From Bugula neritina (lineage: Eukaryota > Animalia > Bryozoa), in assembly GCA_964035545.1 (NCBI GenBank), contig OZ037765.1, forward strand, positions 15,438,995 through 15,502,994: 64,000 bases of DNA. The letters run 5' to 3'. A program made the position numbers and the translations under genes. Of the stretch, positions 50,601 through 64,000 are shown in pieces (within the stretch, counting starts at the first letter, position 1; each line of letters starts with the position of its first letter). The notes beneath the pieces are model-generated. The model did no database searches. It had not been told where the DNA came from and saw only the letters and a list, made by a program, of their open reading frames with translations.

Positions 50601-53600
50601 ACTGAAATATACCTAAAAATCTTGAAACATACTGAAACACACTGTAGAATATCGAAATACACCGCAACACTTTGGAATATACTGCAACATACCGAAGTAA
50701 ATGGTAACCTACTGAAATATGTTGGAAACTACTGAAAAATACTGAAAAATACTGCAACATACTGCAACATGCTGCAACATAATGAAATATACTATAACAT
50801 AATGAAACCTACTGCAACATACTGAAAGATACTGCAACATACTGAAATAAACGGCAAGATACTGCAACATACTGAATTACACTGCAACACATTGAAATAT
50901 ACCCCAACACACTGAAACATACAGCAAGACACTGACATATACAGCGACACATTGAAATATACTGCAACATACCGAAATATATGGTAACCTACTGAAATAA
51001 GTTGCAAACCACTGAAACATACTGCAACATACTGCAACAAAATGAAATATACTGTAACACACCAAATTAAACTTTAAAATACTGAAATATACTGTAACAT
51101 ACTGAAACCTACTGCGACATGCTGAAATATACTGCAACATATCGAATTATATCGTAATAGACGGACATGTACTGTAACATACTGGAACATTCTGAAACAT
51201 ACTGAAACATACTGAAACATACTGAAATATACTGGAACATACCGAAACCTACTGCAACATACTGAAACATACTGCAACATACTGAAATATACTGCAAGAT
51301 ACTGCAACATACTGAAATACACTGTAACATACTGAATTACACTGCAACATACTGCGACATACTGACATATACTGGAACATATTGAAATACACTGCAACAC
51401 ATTCAAATATCCCGCAACACACCGAAACATACAGCAACACACTGACATATACAGCGACACATTGAGATGTACTGCAACATACTGAAACATTCTGAAACAT
51501 ACTGAAACATACTGAAACATACTGAAATATACTGGAATATACCGAAACCTACTGCAACATACTGAAACATACTGCAACATACTGAAATATACTGCAAGAT
51601 ACTGCAACATACTGAAATACACTGTAACATACTGAATTACACTGCAACATACTGCGACATACTGACATATACTGGAACATATTGAAATACACTGCAACAC
51701 ATTCAAATATCCCGCAACACACCGAAACATACAGGAACACACTGACATATACAGCGACACATTGAAATGTACTGCAACATACTGAAATATGCTGTAGCAT
51801 ACTGAAATACATTGCAACACACTGAAGTATACTGTAATATACAGAAACGTACTGTAACATACCGAAACACATGTCAACATACTGAAATGTACTGCAACAT
51901 ACTGAGATATACTGCAACATACTGAATTATACTGCAACTTACTGCAACATACTGAAATACGCTGTAAGATATTGAAATACACTGCAACACATTAAAATAT
52001 ACTGCAAAATAATGAAACATACTATAACACACTGAAATAAATTGCAAAATACTGGAATATACTGTAACATACTGAAACATACTGCAACATACTGAAATAT
52101 ACTGCAACATGCTGAAATATACTGCAAGATACTGCAACATACTAAAATACACTGTAACATACTGAAATACACTGCAACATACTGCAACATACTGACATAC
52201 ACTGGAACATCTTGAAATACACTTCAACACATTGAAATATACTGCAACACAATGAAACATACGGCAACATGTTGAAAGATACTGCGACATACTGAAACGT
52301 ACTGCAACATACTGAAATACACTGTAACATATTGAAATACACTGCAACACATTGAAATATACTGCAACACACTGAAACATACGGCAACATACTGAAATAT
52401 ATTGCGAGACATTGAATTATACTGCAGCATAGTGAAATATTCTGCAGCATACTGAAATACACTGCAACACACTAGAGTATACTGTAAAATACAGAAATGT
52501 ATTGTAACATACTGAAACATACGTCAACATACTGAAATGTACTGCAATATGCTGAATTACACTGCAACATACTGCAACAGACTGAAATACGCTGTAACGT
52601 ATTGAAGTACATTGCAACACATTGAAATATACTGCAACATACCGAAATATATTGTAACCGACTGAAATACGTTGCAAACCACTGAAACATACTGCAACAT
52701 ACCGCAACAAAATGAAAAATACTGTAACACACTAAATTAAACTTTAAAATACTGAAATATACTGTAACACACTGAAACCTACTGCAACATGCTGAAATAT
52801 ACTGCAACATATCGAATTATATCGTATTAGACGGACATGTACTGTAACATACTGAAACATACTAAAACATACTGAAACATACTGAAACATACTGAAATAT
52901 ACATGAACATACCGAAACCTACTGCAACATACTGAAATATACTGCAACATACTGAAATACACTGCAAGATACTGCAACATACTGTAAAACACTGTAACAT
53001 ACTGAATTACACTGCGACATACTGCGACATACTGACATACACTAGAACATATTGAATTACAATGCAACACATTGAAATATCCCGCAACACACTGAAACAT
53101 ACGGGAACACACTGACATATACAGCGACACATTGAAATATACTGCAACATACAGAAATATGCTGTAGCATACTGAAGTACACTGCAGCACACTGAAGTAT
53201 ACTGTAATATACAGAAACGTACTGTAACATACTGAAACACATGTCAACATACTGAAATGCACTGCAACATACTGAAATATACTGCAACATACTGAAATAT
53301 ATGGTAACCTACTGAAATATGTTGCAAACCACTGAAACATACTGCAACATACTGCAACAAAATGAAATGTACTGTAACACACTGAATTATACTGCACAAT
53401 ACTGAAATATACTGTAACACTTTGAAAAACACTGCAACATACTGAAATATGCTGTAGCACACTGAAATACACTGCAACTCACTGAAGTATAGTGTAATAT
53501 AAGGAAAAATGTAGTGTAACATACTGAAATATACTGTAACGCACTGAAATATACTGCAACATACTGAAATACACTGTAACATACTGAAATATACTGTAAC

Positions 53601-56600
53601 ACATTGCAAAACACTGAAATACACGGTGGCATACCGAAATACACTGCAACATACTGAAATACACTGTAACATACTACAACATATTGAATTACACTGCAAC
53701 ACATTGAAATATACTGCAACGCTGAAGTGTACTGTAATATACAAAAATTTACTGTAAAATACTGAAACATACGACAACATACTGTAATATACTGCGAGAC
53801 ATTGAAATATACTGCAGCATACCGAAATATATGGTAACCTCTTGAAATATGTTGCAAACCACTGAAACATACTGCAACATACTGCAACAAAATGAAATAT
53901 ACTGTAACACACTGAATTATACTGCAACATAATTCAATATGCTGTAGCATACTGATACACACTGCAACACACTTGAGTATAATGTAATATACAGAAATGT
54001 ACTGTAACATACTGAAACATACGTCAACATACTGAAATGTACTGCAACATGCTGATTTACACTGCAACATACTGCAACAAACTGAAATACGCTGCAACAT
54101 AATGAAATACACTGCAACACATTGAAATATACTGCAACATACCAAAATATATGGTAACCTACTGCAATATGTTGCAAACCACTGAAACAAACTGCAACAT
54201 ACTGCAACAAAATGAAATATACTGTAACACACTGAATTATACTGCAAAACACTGAATTATACTGTAAAACTTTGAAAACTACTGCAACATACTAAAACAT
54301 GCTGAAATATACTGCAACGTATTGCAAAATACTGAAATACACTGTCACATACTGAAATACACTGCAACATACTACAACATACTGAAATTTACTGTAACAG
54401 ATTGAAATACACTGCAGTACATTGAAAGATACTGCAACATACCAAAATATACTGCAACATACCCAAATATGCTGTAGCACACTGAAATACACTGCAACAC
54501 ACTGAAGTATACTGCAACACACTACAACAAATTGAAGTATACTGTAACACATTGAAAGATACTGCAACATACTGAAACATACTGCAACATACTGAAATAC
54601 ACTGTAACAAATTGAAATACACTGCAACACATTGAATTATGCTGCTACACACTGAAACATACGGCAGCATACTGAAATATACTGCGAGAGATTGAAAAAT
54701 ACTGCAACATAGTGAAATATGCTGTAGCATACTGAAATACACTGTAACACACTAGAGTATACTGTAAAATACAGAAATGTACTGTAACATACTGAAACAT
54801 ACATCAACATACTCAAATGTACAGCAAAATGCTGAATTACACTGCAACATACTGCAACATACTGAAATACGCTATAACATATTGAAATACACCGCAACAC
54901 ATTGAAATATACTGCAACATACCGAAATATATGGTAACCTACCGAATATGTTGCAAACCACTGAAACATACTGCAACATACTGCAACAAAATGAAATATA
55001 CTGTAACACAATGAATTATACTGCAAAATACTAAAATATACTGTAACATACTAAAACATACTGCAACATAGTGAAATATACTGCAACATATCCAATTGTA
55101 TCGTAATAGACGGACATGTACTGTAACATACTGAAACATACTGAAACACACTGAAACATACTGAAATATACTGGAACATACCGAAACATACTGCAACATA
55201 ATGAAATATACTGTCACACGCTGAAATATACATCAAAATACTGAATTATGTTGTAACATACTTAAACATACTGCAACATACTGAAATATACCTAAAAATA
55301 TTGAAACATACTGAAACACACTGCAGGATATTGAAATACACTGCAACACATTAAAATATACTGCAACATACTGAAACATACGACAACATACCGAAATATA
55401 CTGCAACACATTGAGATATAGTGCAACATACTAAAATATGCTGTAGCATACTGAAATACACTGCAACACACTGAAGTATACTGTATTATACAGAAATGTA
55501 CAGTAACATACTGAAACATACGGCAACATACTCAAATGTACTGCAACATACTTAAATATACCACAACAAAACAAAATATATGGTAACATACTGAAATAGG
55601 TTGCAAACTACTAAAATATACTGCAACATATCGAAAAATACTGCAAATGTGCAACATAATGAAATAAACTGCAAAACAACTAAAATGTACTGCAACAACT
55701 TAAGAGTTAGTGTATGATACATAAATATACTGAAACATACTGAAACATGCTGCAACATACTTAAATATACATCAACATACTGAAATATACCTAAAAATCT
55801 TGAAACATACTGAAACACACTGTAGAATATCGAAATACACCGCAACACTTTGGAATATACTGCAACATACCGAAGTAAATGGTAACCTACTGAAATATGT
55901 TGCAAACTACTGAAAAATACTGAAAAATACTGCAATATACTGCAACATGCTGCAACATAATGAAATATACTATAACATAATGAAACCTACTGCAACATAC
56001 TGAAATATACTGCAACATACTGAAATAAACTGCAAGATACTGCAACATACTGAATTACACTGCAACACATTGAAATATACCCCAACACACTGAAACATAC
56101 AGCAAGACACTGACATATACAGCGACACATTGAAATATACTGCAACATACCGAAATATATGGTAACCTACTGAAATAAGTTGCAAACCACTGAAACATAC
56201 TGCAACATACTGCAACAAAATGAAATATACTGTAAGACACCAAATTAAACTTTAAAATACTGAAATATACTGTAACATACTGAAACCTACTGCGACATGC
56301 TGAAATATACTGCAACATATCGAATTATATCGTAATAGACGGACATGTGCTGTAACATACTGGAACATTCTGAAACATACTGAAACATACTGAAACATAC
56401 TGAAATATACTGGAACATACCGAAACCTACTGCAACATACTGAAACATACTGCAACATACTGAAATATACTGCAAGATACTGCAACATACTGAAATACAC
56501 TGTAACATACTGAATTACACTGCAACATACTGCGACATACTGACATATACTGGAACATATTGAAATACACTGCAACACATTCAAATATCCCGCAACACAC

Positions 56601-59600
56601 CGAAACATACAGCAACACACTGACATATACAGCGACACATTGAGATGTACTGCAACATACTGAAACATTCTGAAACATACTGAAACATACTGAAACATAC
56701 TGAAATATACTGGAATATACCGAAACCTACTGCAACATACTGAAACATACTGCAACATACTGAAATATACTGCAAGATACTGCAACATACTGAAATACAC
56801 TGTAACATACTGAATTACACTGCAACATACTGCGACATACTGACATATACTGGAACATATTGAAATACACTGCAACACATTCAAATATCCCGCAACACAC
56901 CGAAACATACAGCAACACACTGACATATACAGCGACACATTGAAATGTACTGCAACATACTGAAATATGCTGTAGCATACTGAAATACATTGCAACACAC
57001 TGAAGTATACTGTAATATACAGAAACGTACTGTAACATACCGAAACACACGTCAACATACTGAAATGTACTGCAACATACTGAGATATACTGCAACATAC
57101 TGAATTATACTGCAACATACTGCAACATACTGAAATACGCTGTAAGATATTGAAATACACTGCAACACATTAAAATATACTGCAAAATAATGAAACATAC
57201 TATAACACACTGAAATAAATTGCAAAATACTGAAATATACTGTAACATACTGAAACATACTGCAACATACTGAAATATACATGAACATACCGAAACCTAC
57301 TGCAACATACTGAAATATACTGCAACATACTGAAATACACTGCAAGATACTGCAACATACTGTAAAACACTGTAACATACTGAAATACACTGCAACATAC
57401 TGCAACATACTGACATACACTGGAACATCTTGAAATACACTTCAACACATTGAAATATACTGCAACACAATGAAACATACGGCAACATGTTGAAAGATAC
57501 TGCGACATACTGAAACGTACTGCAACATACTGAAATACACTGTAACATATTGAAATACACTGCAACACATTGAAATATACTGCAACACACTGAAACATAC
57601 GACAACATACTGAAATATATTGCGAGACATTGAATTATACTGCAGCATAGTGAAATATTCTGCAGCATACTGAAATACACTGCAACACACTAGAGTATAC
57701 TGTAAAATACAGAAATGTACTGTAACATACTGAAACATACGTCAACATACTGAAATGTACTGCAATATGCTGAATTACACTGCAACATACTGCAACAGAC
57801 TGAAATACGCTGTAACGTATTGAAGTACATTGCAACACATTGAAATATACTGCAACATACCGAAATATATTGTAACCTACTGAAATACGTTGCAAACCAC
57901 TGAAACGTACTGCAACATACTGCAACAAAACGAAAAATACTGTAACACACTAAATTAAACTTTAAAATACTGAAATATACTGTAACACACTGAAACCTAC
58001 TGCAACATGCTGAAATATACTGCAACATATCGAATTATATCGTATTAGACGGACATGTACTGTAACATACTGAAACATACTAAAACATACTGAAACATAT
58101 TGAAACATACTGAAATATACATGAACATACCGAAACCTACTGCAACATACTGAAATATACTGCAACATACTGAAATACACTGCAAGATACTGCAACATAC
58201 TGTAAAACACTGTAACATACTGAATTACACTGCGACATACTGCGACATACTGACATACACTAGAACATATTGAATTACACTGCAACACATTGAAATATCC
58301 CGCAACACACTGAAACATACGGCAACACACTGACATATACAGCGACACATTGAAATATACTGCAACATACAGAAATATGCTGTAGCATACTGAAGTACAC
58401 TGCAGCACACTGAAGTATACTGTAATATACAGAAACGTACTGTAACATACTGAAACACATGTCAACATACTGAAATGCACTGCAACATACTGAGATGTAC
58501 TGCAACATACTGAATTATACTGCAACATACTGAAATATACCGCAACAAACCGAAATATATGGTAACATTCTAAAATAGGTTGCAAACTACTAAAATATAC
58601 TGCAACATATCGGAAAATACTGGAAATGTGCAACATAATGAAATATACTGCAAAGATACTGAAATATACTTCAACATACTGAAATATACCTAAAAATATT
58701 GAAACATACTGAAGTACACTGTTGGATATTGAGATACACGTCAACACATTTGAATATACTGCAACATACCGAAATATATGGTAACCTACTGAACTATGTT
58801 GCAAACTACTGAAATATACTGCAACATACTGCAACATAATGAAATATACTGTAACACACTGAAATAGACTGCAAAATACTGAAATATACTGTAAGATACT
58901 GAAACATACTGCAACAAACTGAAATATACTGCAACAGACTGAAATAGACTGCAAGATACTGCAACATACTGAAATACACTGTAACATACTGAAATACACT
59001 GCAACATACTGAAATACACTGGAACATATTGAAATACACTCCAACACCTTGAAATAAACTCCAACTCACTGAAACATACGGCAACATACTGATGTATAGT
59101 GGGACACATTGAAATATACTGCAACATACTGAAATATAATGCAAGATACTGCAACATACTGAAATACACTGTGACATACTGAAATACACTGCAACATACT
59201 GCAACATACTGCAACATACTGAATTACACTGTAACATATTTAAATACACTGCAACACATTGAAATATACTGCAACACACTGAAACATACGGCGACATACT
59301 GAAATATACTGCAACATGCTGAAATATATTGCAACATACTGAAATACACTGTAACATACTCAATAACACTGCAACATACTGCAACATACTGCAACATACT
59401 GAAATACGCTCTATAATATTGAAATACACTGCAACACATTGAAAGATACTGCAACATACTGAAACATACTGCAACATACTGAAATACACTGTGACAAATT
59501 GAAATACACTGCAACACATTGAAATATACTGCTACACACTGAAACATACGGCAGCATACTGAAATATACTGCGAGACATTGAAATATACTGCAACATAGT

Positions 59601-62600
59601 GAAATATGCTGTAGCATACTGAAATACACTGCAACACACTAGAGTATTCTGTAAAGTACAGAAATGTACTGTAACATACTGAAAAATACGTCAGCATTCT
59701 CAAATGTACAGCAAAATGCGGAATTACACTGCAACATACTGCAACATAATGAAATGTACTGTCACACACTGAAATATACATCAAAATACTTAACTATGTT
59801 GTAACATACTTAAACATACTGCAACATACTGAAATATACCTAAAAATACTGATACATACTGAAACACACTGTAGGGTATTGAAATACACTGCAACACATT
59901 AAAATATACTGCAACATACTGAAACATACAACAACATACTGAAATATACTGCAACACATTGAGATATAGTGCAACATACTAAAATATGCTGTAGCATACT
60001 GAATAATACTGCAACACACTGAAGTATACTGTATTATACAGAAATGTACTGTAACATACTGAAACATACGGCAACATACTGAAATGTACTGCAACATACT
60101 TAAATATACCACAACAAAACGAAATATATGGTAACATACTGAAATAGGTTGAAAATGACTAAAATATACTGCAACATATCGAAAAATACTGCAAATGTGC
60201 ACCATAATGAAATATACTGCAAAACAACTAAAATGTACTGCAACAACTTAAAAGTTAGTGTATGATACATAGATATACTGAAACATACTGAAACATGCTG
60301 CAACATACTTAAATATACATCAACATACTGAAATATATCTAAAAATCTTGAAACATACTGAAACACACTGTAGAATATCGAAATACACCGCAACACTTTG
60401 GAATATACTGCAATATACCAAAGTAAATGGTAACCTACTGAAATATATTGCAAACTGCTGAAATATACTGCAACATACTGCAACATACTGCAACATAATG
60501 AAATATACTATAACACACTGATTTACACTGCAAAATACTGAAATATACTGTAACATAATGAAAGCTACTGCAACATACTGAAATATACTGCAACATACTG
60601 AAATAAACTGCAAGATACTGCAACATACTGAAATACACTGTAACATACCGCGACATGCTGACATACACTGGAACATATTGAAATACACTGCAACAGATTG
60701 AAATATACCGCAACACACTGAAACATACAGCAAGACACTGACATATACAGCGACACATTGAAATATAATGAAACATACTGAAATACGCTGTAGCATACTG
60801 AAATACACTGCAACACACTGAAGTATACTGTAATATACAGAAACGTACTGTAACATACTGAAAAACACGTCAACATACTGAATTATACTGCAACATACTG
60901 CAACATACTGAAACACGCTGTAACATATTGAAATACACTGCAACACATTAAAATATACTGCAACATACAGAAATAGGTTGCAAACTACTAAAATATACTG
61001 CAACATATGGAAAAATACTGGAAATGTGCAACATAATGAAATATACTGCAACAACTTAAAAGTTACTGTATGATATATAAACATACTCAAACATACTGAA
61101 ACATGCTGCAACATATTTAAACATACCGGAACATAGTGAAATATACCTAAAAATGTTGAAAGACACTGAAGCACACTGTAGGATATCGAAATACACTGCA
61201 ACACTTTGGAATACACTGCAACATACCGAAATAAATGTTAACCTACTGAAATATGTTGCAAGCTACTGAAATATACTGCAACATACTGCAACATAATGAA
61301 ATATACTATAACACACTGAATTAAACTGCATTATAATGAAATATACTGTAAGATACTGAAACCCACTGCAACATGCTGAAATATACTGCAACATACTGAA
61401 ATATACTGCAAGATATTGCAACATACTGAAATACACTGTAACATATTGAAATACACTTCAACACATTGAAACATACTGCAACACACTGAAACATACGGCA
61501 ACACACTCACATGTACAGCGACACATTGAAACATACTGCAACATACTGAAATATGCTGTAGCATACTGAAATACACTGCAACACACTGAAGTATACTGTA
61601 ATATACAGAAACGTACTGTAACACAGTGAAACACACGTCAACATACTGAAATGTACTGCAACATACCGAGATATACTGCAACATACTGAATTATACTGCA
61701 ACATACTGCAACATACTGAAATACGCTGTAACATATTGAAATACACTGCAACACATTAAAGTATACTGCAGCATACTGAAACATACGACAACATACTGAA
61801 ATATACGTTGAGATATACTGCAACATACCGAAATATGCTGTAGCATACTGAAATAGACTGCAACACACTTCAGTATACTGTATCATACAGAAACGCACTG
61901 TAACATACTGAAACATACGGCAACATATTGAAATGTTCTGCAACATACTGAAGTAAACCGCAACAAACCGAAATATATGGTAACATACTGAAATAGGTTG
62001 CAAACTACTAAAATATATTGCAACATATCGAAAAATACTGCAAATGTGCACCATAATGAAATATACTGCAAAGATACTGAAATATACTGCAACATACTGA
62101 AATATACTCAAACATACAGAAATATACCTAAAAATATTGAAACATACTGAAATACACTGTAGGATATTGAAATACACTGCAACACATTTGAAGATACTGC
62201 AACCTACCGAAATAAATGGTAACCTACTGAAACATGTTGCAAACTACTGAAATTTACTGCAACATACTGCAACATCAAGAAATGTACTCTAACACCCTGA
62301 ATTAAACTGCAAAATACTGAAAAATACTGTAACATACTGAAAAATACTGCAACAAACTGAAATATACTGCAACATACCGAAATATACTGCAAGATACTGC
62401 AACATACTAAAATACACTGCAACACATTGAAATAAACTCCAACTCACTGAAACATACGGCAACATACTGAAAAATACTGGGACACATTGAAATATACTGC
62501 AACATACTGCAACATACTGAAGCACGCTGTAACATATTGAAATACACTGCAACACATTAAAATATACTGTAGCATACTGAAATACACTGCAACACACTGA

Positions 62601-64000
62601 AGCATACTATAATATACAGAAATGTACTTTAACGTACTGAAACACACTTCCACATACTGAAACGTACTGCAACCTGCTGAAATATACTGCAACATACTGA
62701 AACCTATTGCAACATACTGAAATATACTGCAACATACTAAAATATGCTGCAGGAAACTGCAACATACTGAAATACACTGTAACATACTGAAATGTACTTC
62801 AACATACTGAAATATACCTAAAATTATTGAAACATACTGAAACACACTGTAGGATATGGAAATACACTGCAACACTTTGGAATATACTGCAACATACTGA
62901 AATACACTTTAACATACTGAAATACACTGCAACATACTGAAATACACCTGAACATATTGAAATGCACTGCAACACATTAGAATAAACTGCAACATAACTA
63001 TATATACGGTAATATACTGAAGTATAGCGTAATTTACGGAAATGTACTGTAACATACTGAAATATACTGTAACACACTGAAATAAACTGCAAAATACTAA
63101 ACTATACTGTAACATACTGAAATATACTGCAACATACTGAAATACACTGCAAGATACTGCAACATACTGAAATACACTGTAACATACTAAAATACACTGC
63201 AACATACTGCAACATACTGACATACACTGGAGCATATTGAAGTACACTGCAACACTTTGAAATATACTGCAACACACTGAAACATACGGCAACATTCTGA
63301 AATATCTCGCGACACATGGAAATATACTGCAGCATACTGCAATATGCTGTAGCATACTGAAATACACTGCAACACACTGAAGTATACTGTAATATACGGA
63401 AACGTATTGTAACATACTGAAACACACGTCAACATACTGAAATGTACTGCAACATGCTGAAATATACTGCAACATACTTAAACCTATTGCAACATACTGA
63501 AACATACTGCAACATACTGAAATATACTGCAAGATACTACAACATACTGAAATACACTGTAACATACTGAAATATACTTCAACATACTGAAATATACCTA
63601 AACATATTTAAACATACTGAAACACACTGCAGGACATTGAAATACACTGGAACACTTTGAAATATGCTGCAACATACCGAAATATATGGTAACCTACTGA
63701 AATATACTGCGACACATTGAAATATACTGCAACTTACTGAAATATGCTATAGCATACTGAAACACACTGCAACACACTGGAGTAAACTGTAAAATACAGA
63801 AATGTACTGAAAAATACCGAAACATACTTCAACATACTAAAATGTACTGCAACATGCTGAAGTTTACTGCAACATACTGAATTACACTGCAACATATTGA
63901 AATACACTGCAACGTACTGCAACATGCTGAAATGTACTGCAACATACTGAATTATACTGCAACATACTGCAACATACTGAAACACGCTGTAACATATTAA
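44640..64000. repeat. Satellite B, segment 3; open at right window edge
   Basis: Same 10-bp units; additional landmarks TATCGTAATAGACGGACATG and AACTTAAAAGTTAGTGTATGATAC seen only beyond ~49.9 kb. Confidence 0.98.
48101..58492. repeat. ~5.2-kb tandem duplication within satellite B (approx. 48101-53280 / 53281-58492), each half containing a 300-bp tandem duplication
   Basis: Near-identical ORF-track peptides at offset 5178 (49114/54292, 49761/54939, 51074/56252) then 5218 (52472/57690, 53007/58225); 300-bp repeat at 51181/51481. Confidence 0.9.

Noticed and set aside
23688-63985. Numerous overlapping Cys/Tyr/Val-rich minus-strand ORFs up to 463 aa
   Set aside because: The same pseudo-repeat appears in all three frames, with no unique domain; fully explained by stop-free 10-mers of satellite B.

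Overview
Eukaryotic-type, AT-rich, apparently heterochromatic window with no supportable protein-coding gene. It consists of two ~10-bp-period satellites: satellite A (1-19882; GCACATTTAG/GCACTTTT(T)A, T-rich on +) and satellite B (23755-64000; ACTGCAACAT/ACTGAAATAT, A-rich on +). Three same-orientation copies of a ~2.55-kb non-autonomous DNA transposon are present (19883-23754, 34546-37116, 40785-44639; termini CACAGTT...AACTGTG, 2-bp TSD, CMC/EnSpm-like). All three satellite-B junction sites fall at the same phase of the 10-mer (TGAAA^). Copy 1 sits exactly at the A/B satellite boundary, lacks a matching TSD, and carries an internal duplication plus a nested 755-bp MITE. Copy 3 carries a 1.3-kb foldback element (8-bp TSD, 16-bp tandem repeats). 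That foldback contains a related MITE in one arm, partly mirrored into the other arm. The 2.55-kb element contains degenerate tRNA-like/Pol III A-box/B-box segments. The listed ORFs are best explained as by-products of stop-poor satellite strands. All calls are from manual reading; no database searches were run and the organism is not identified.
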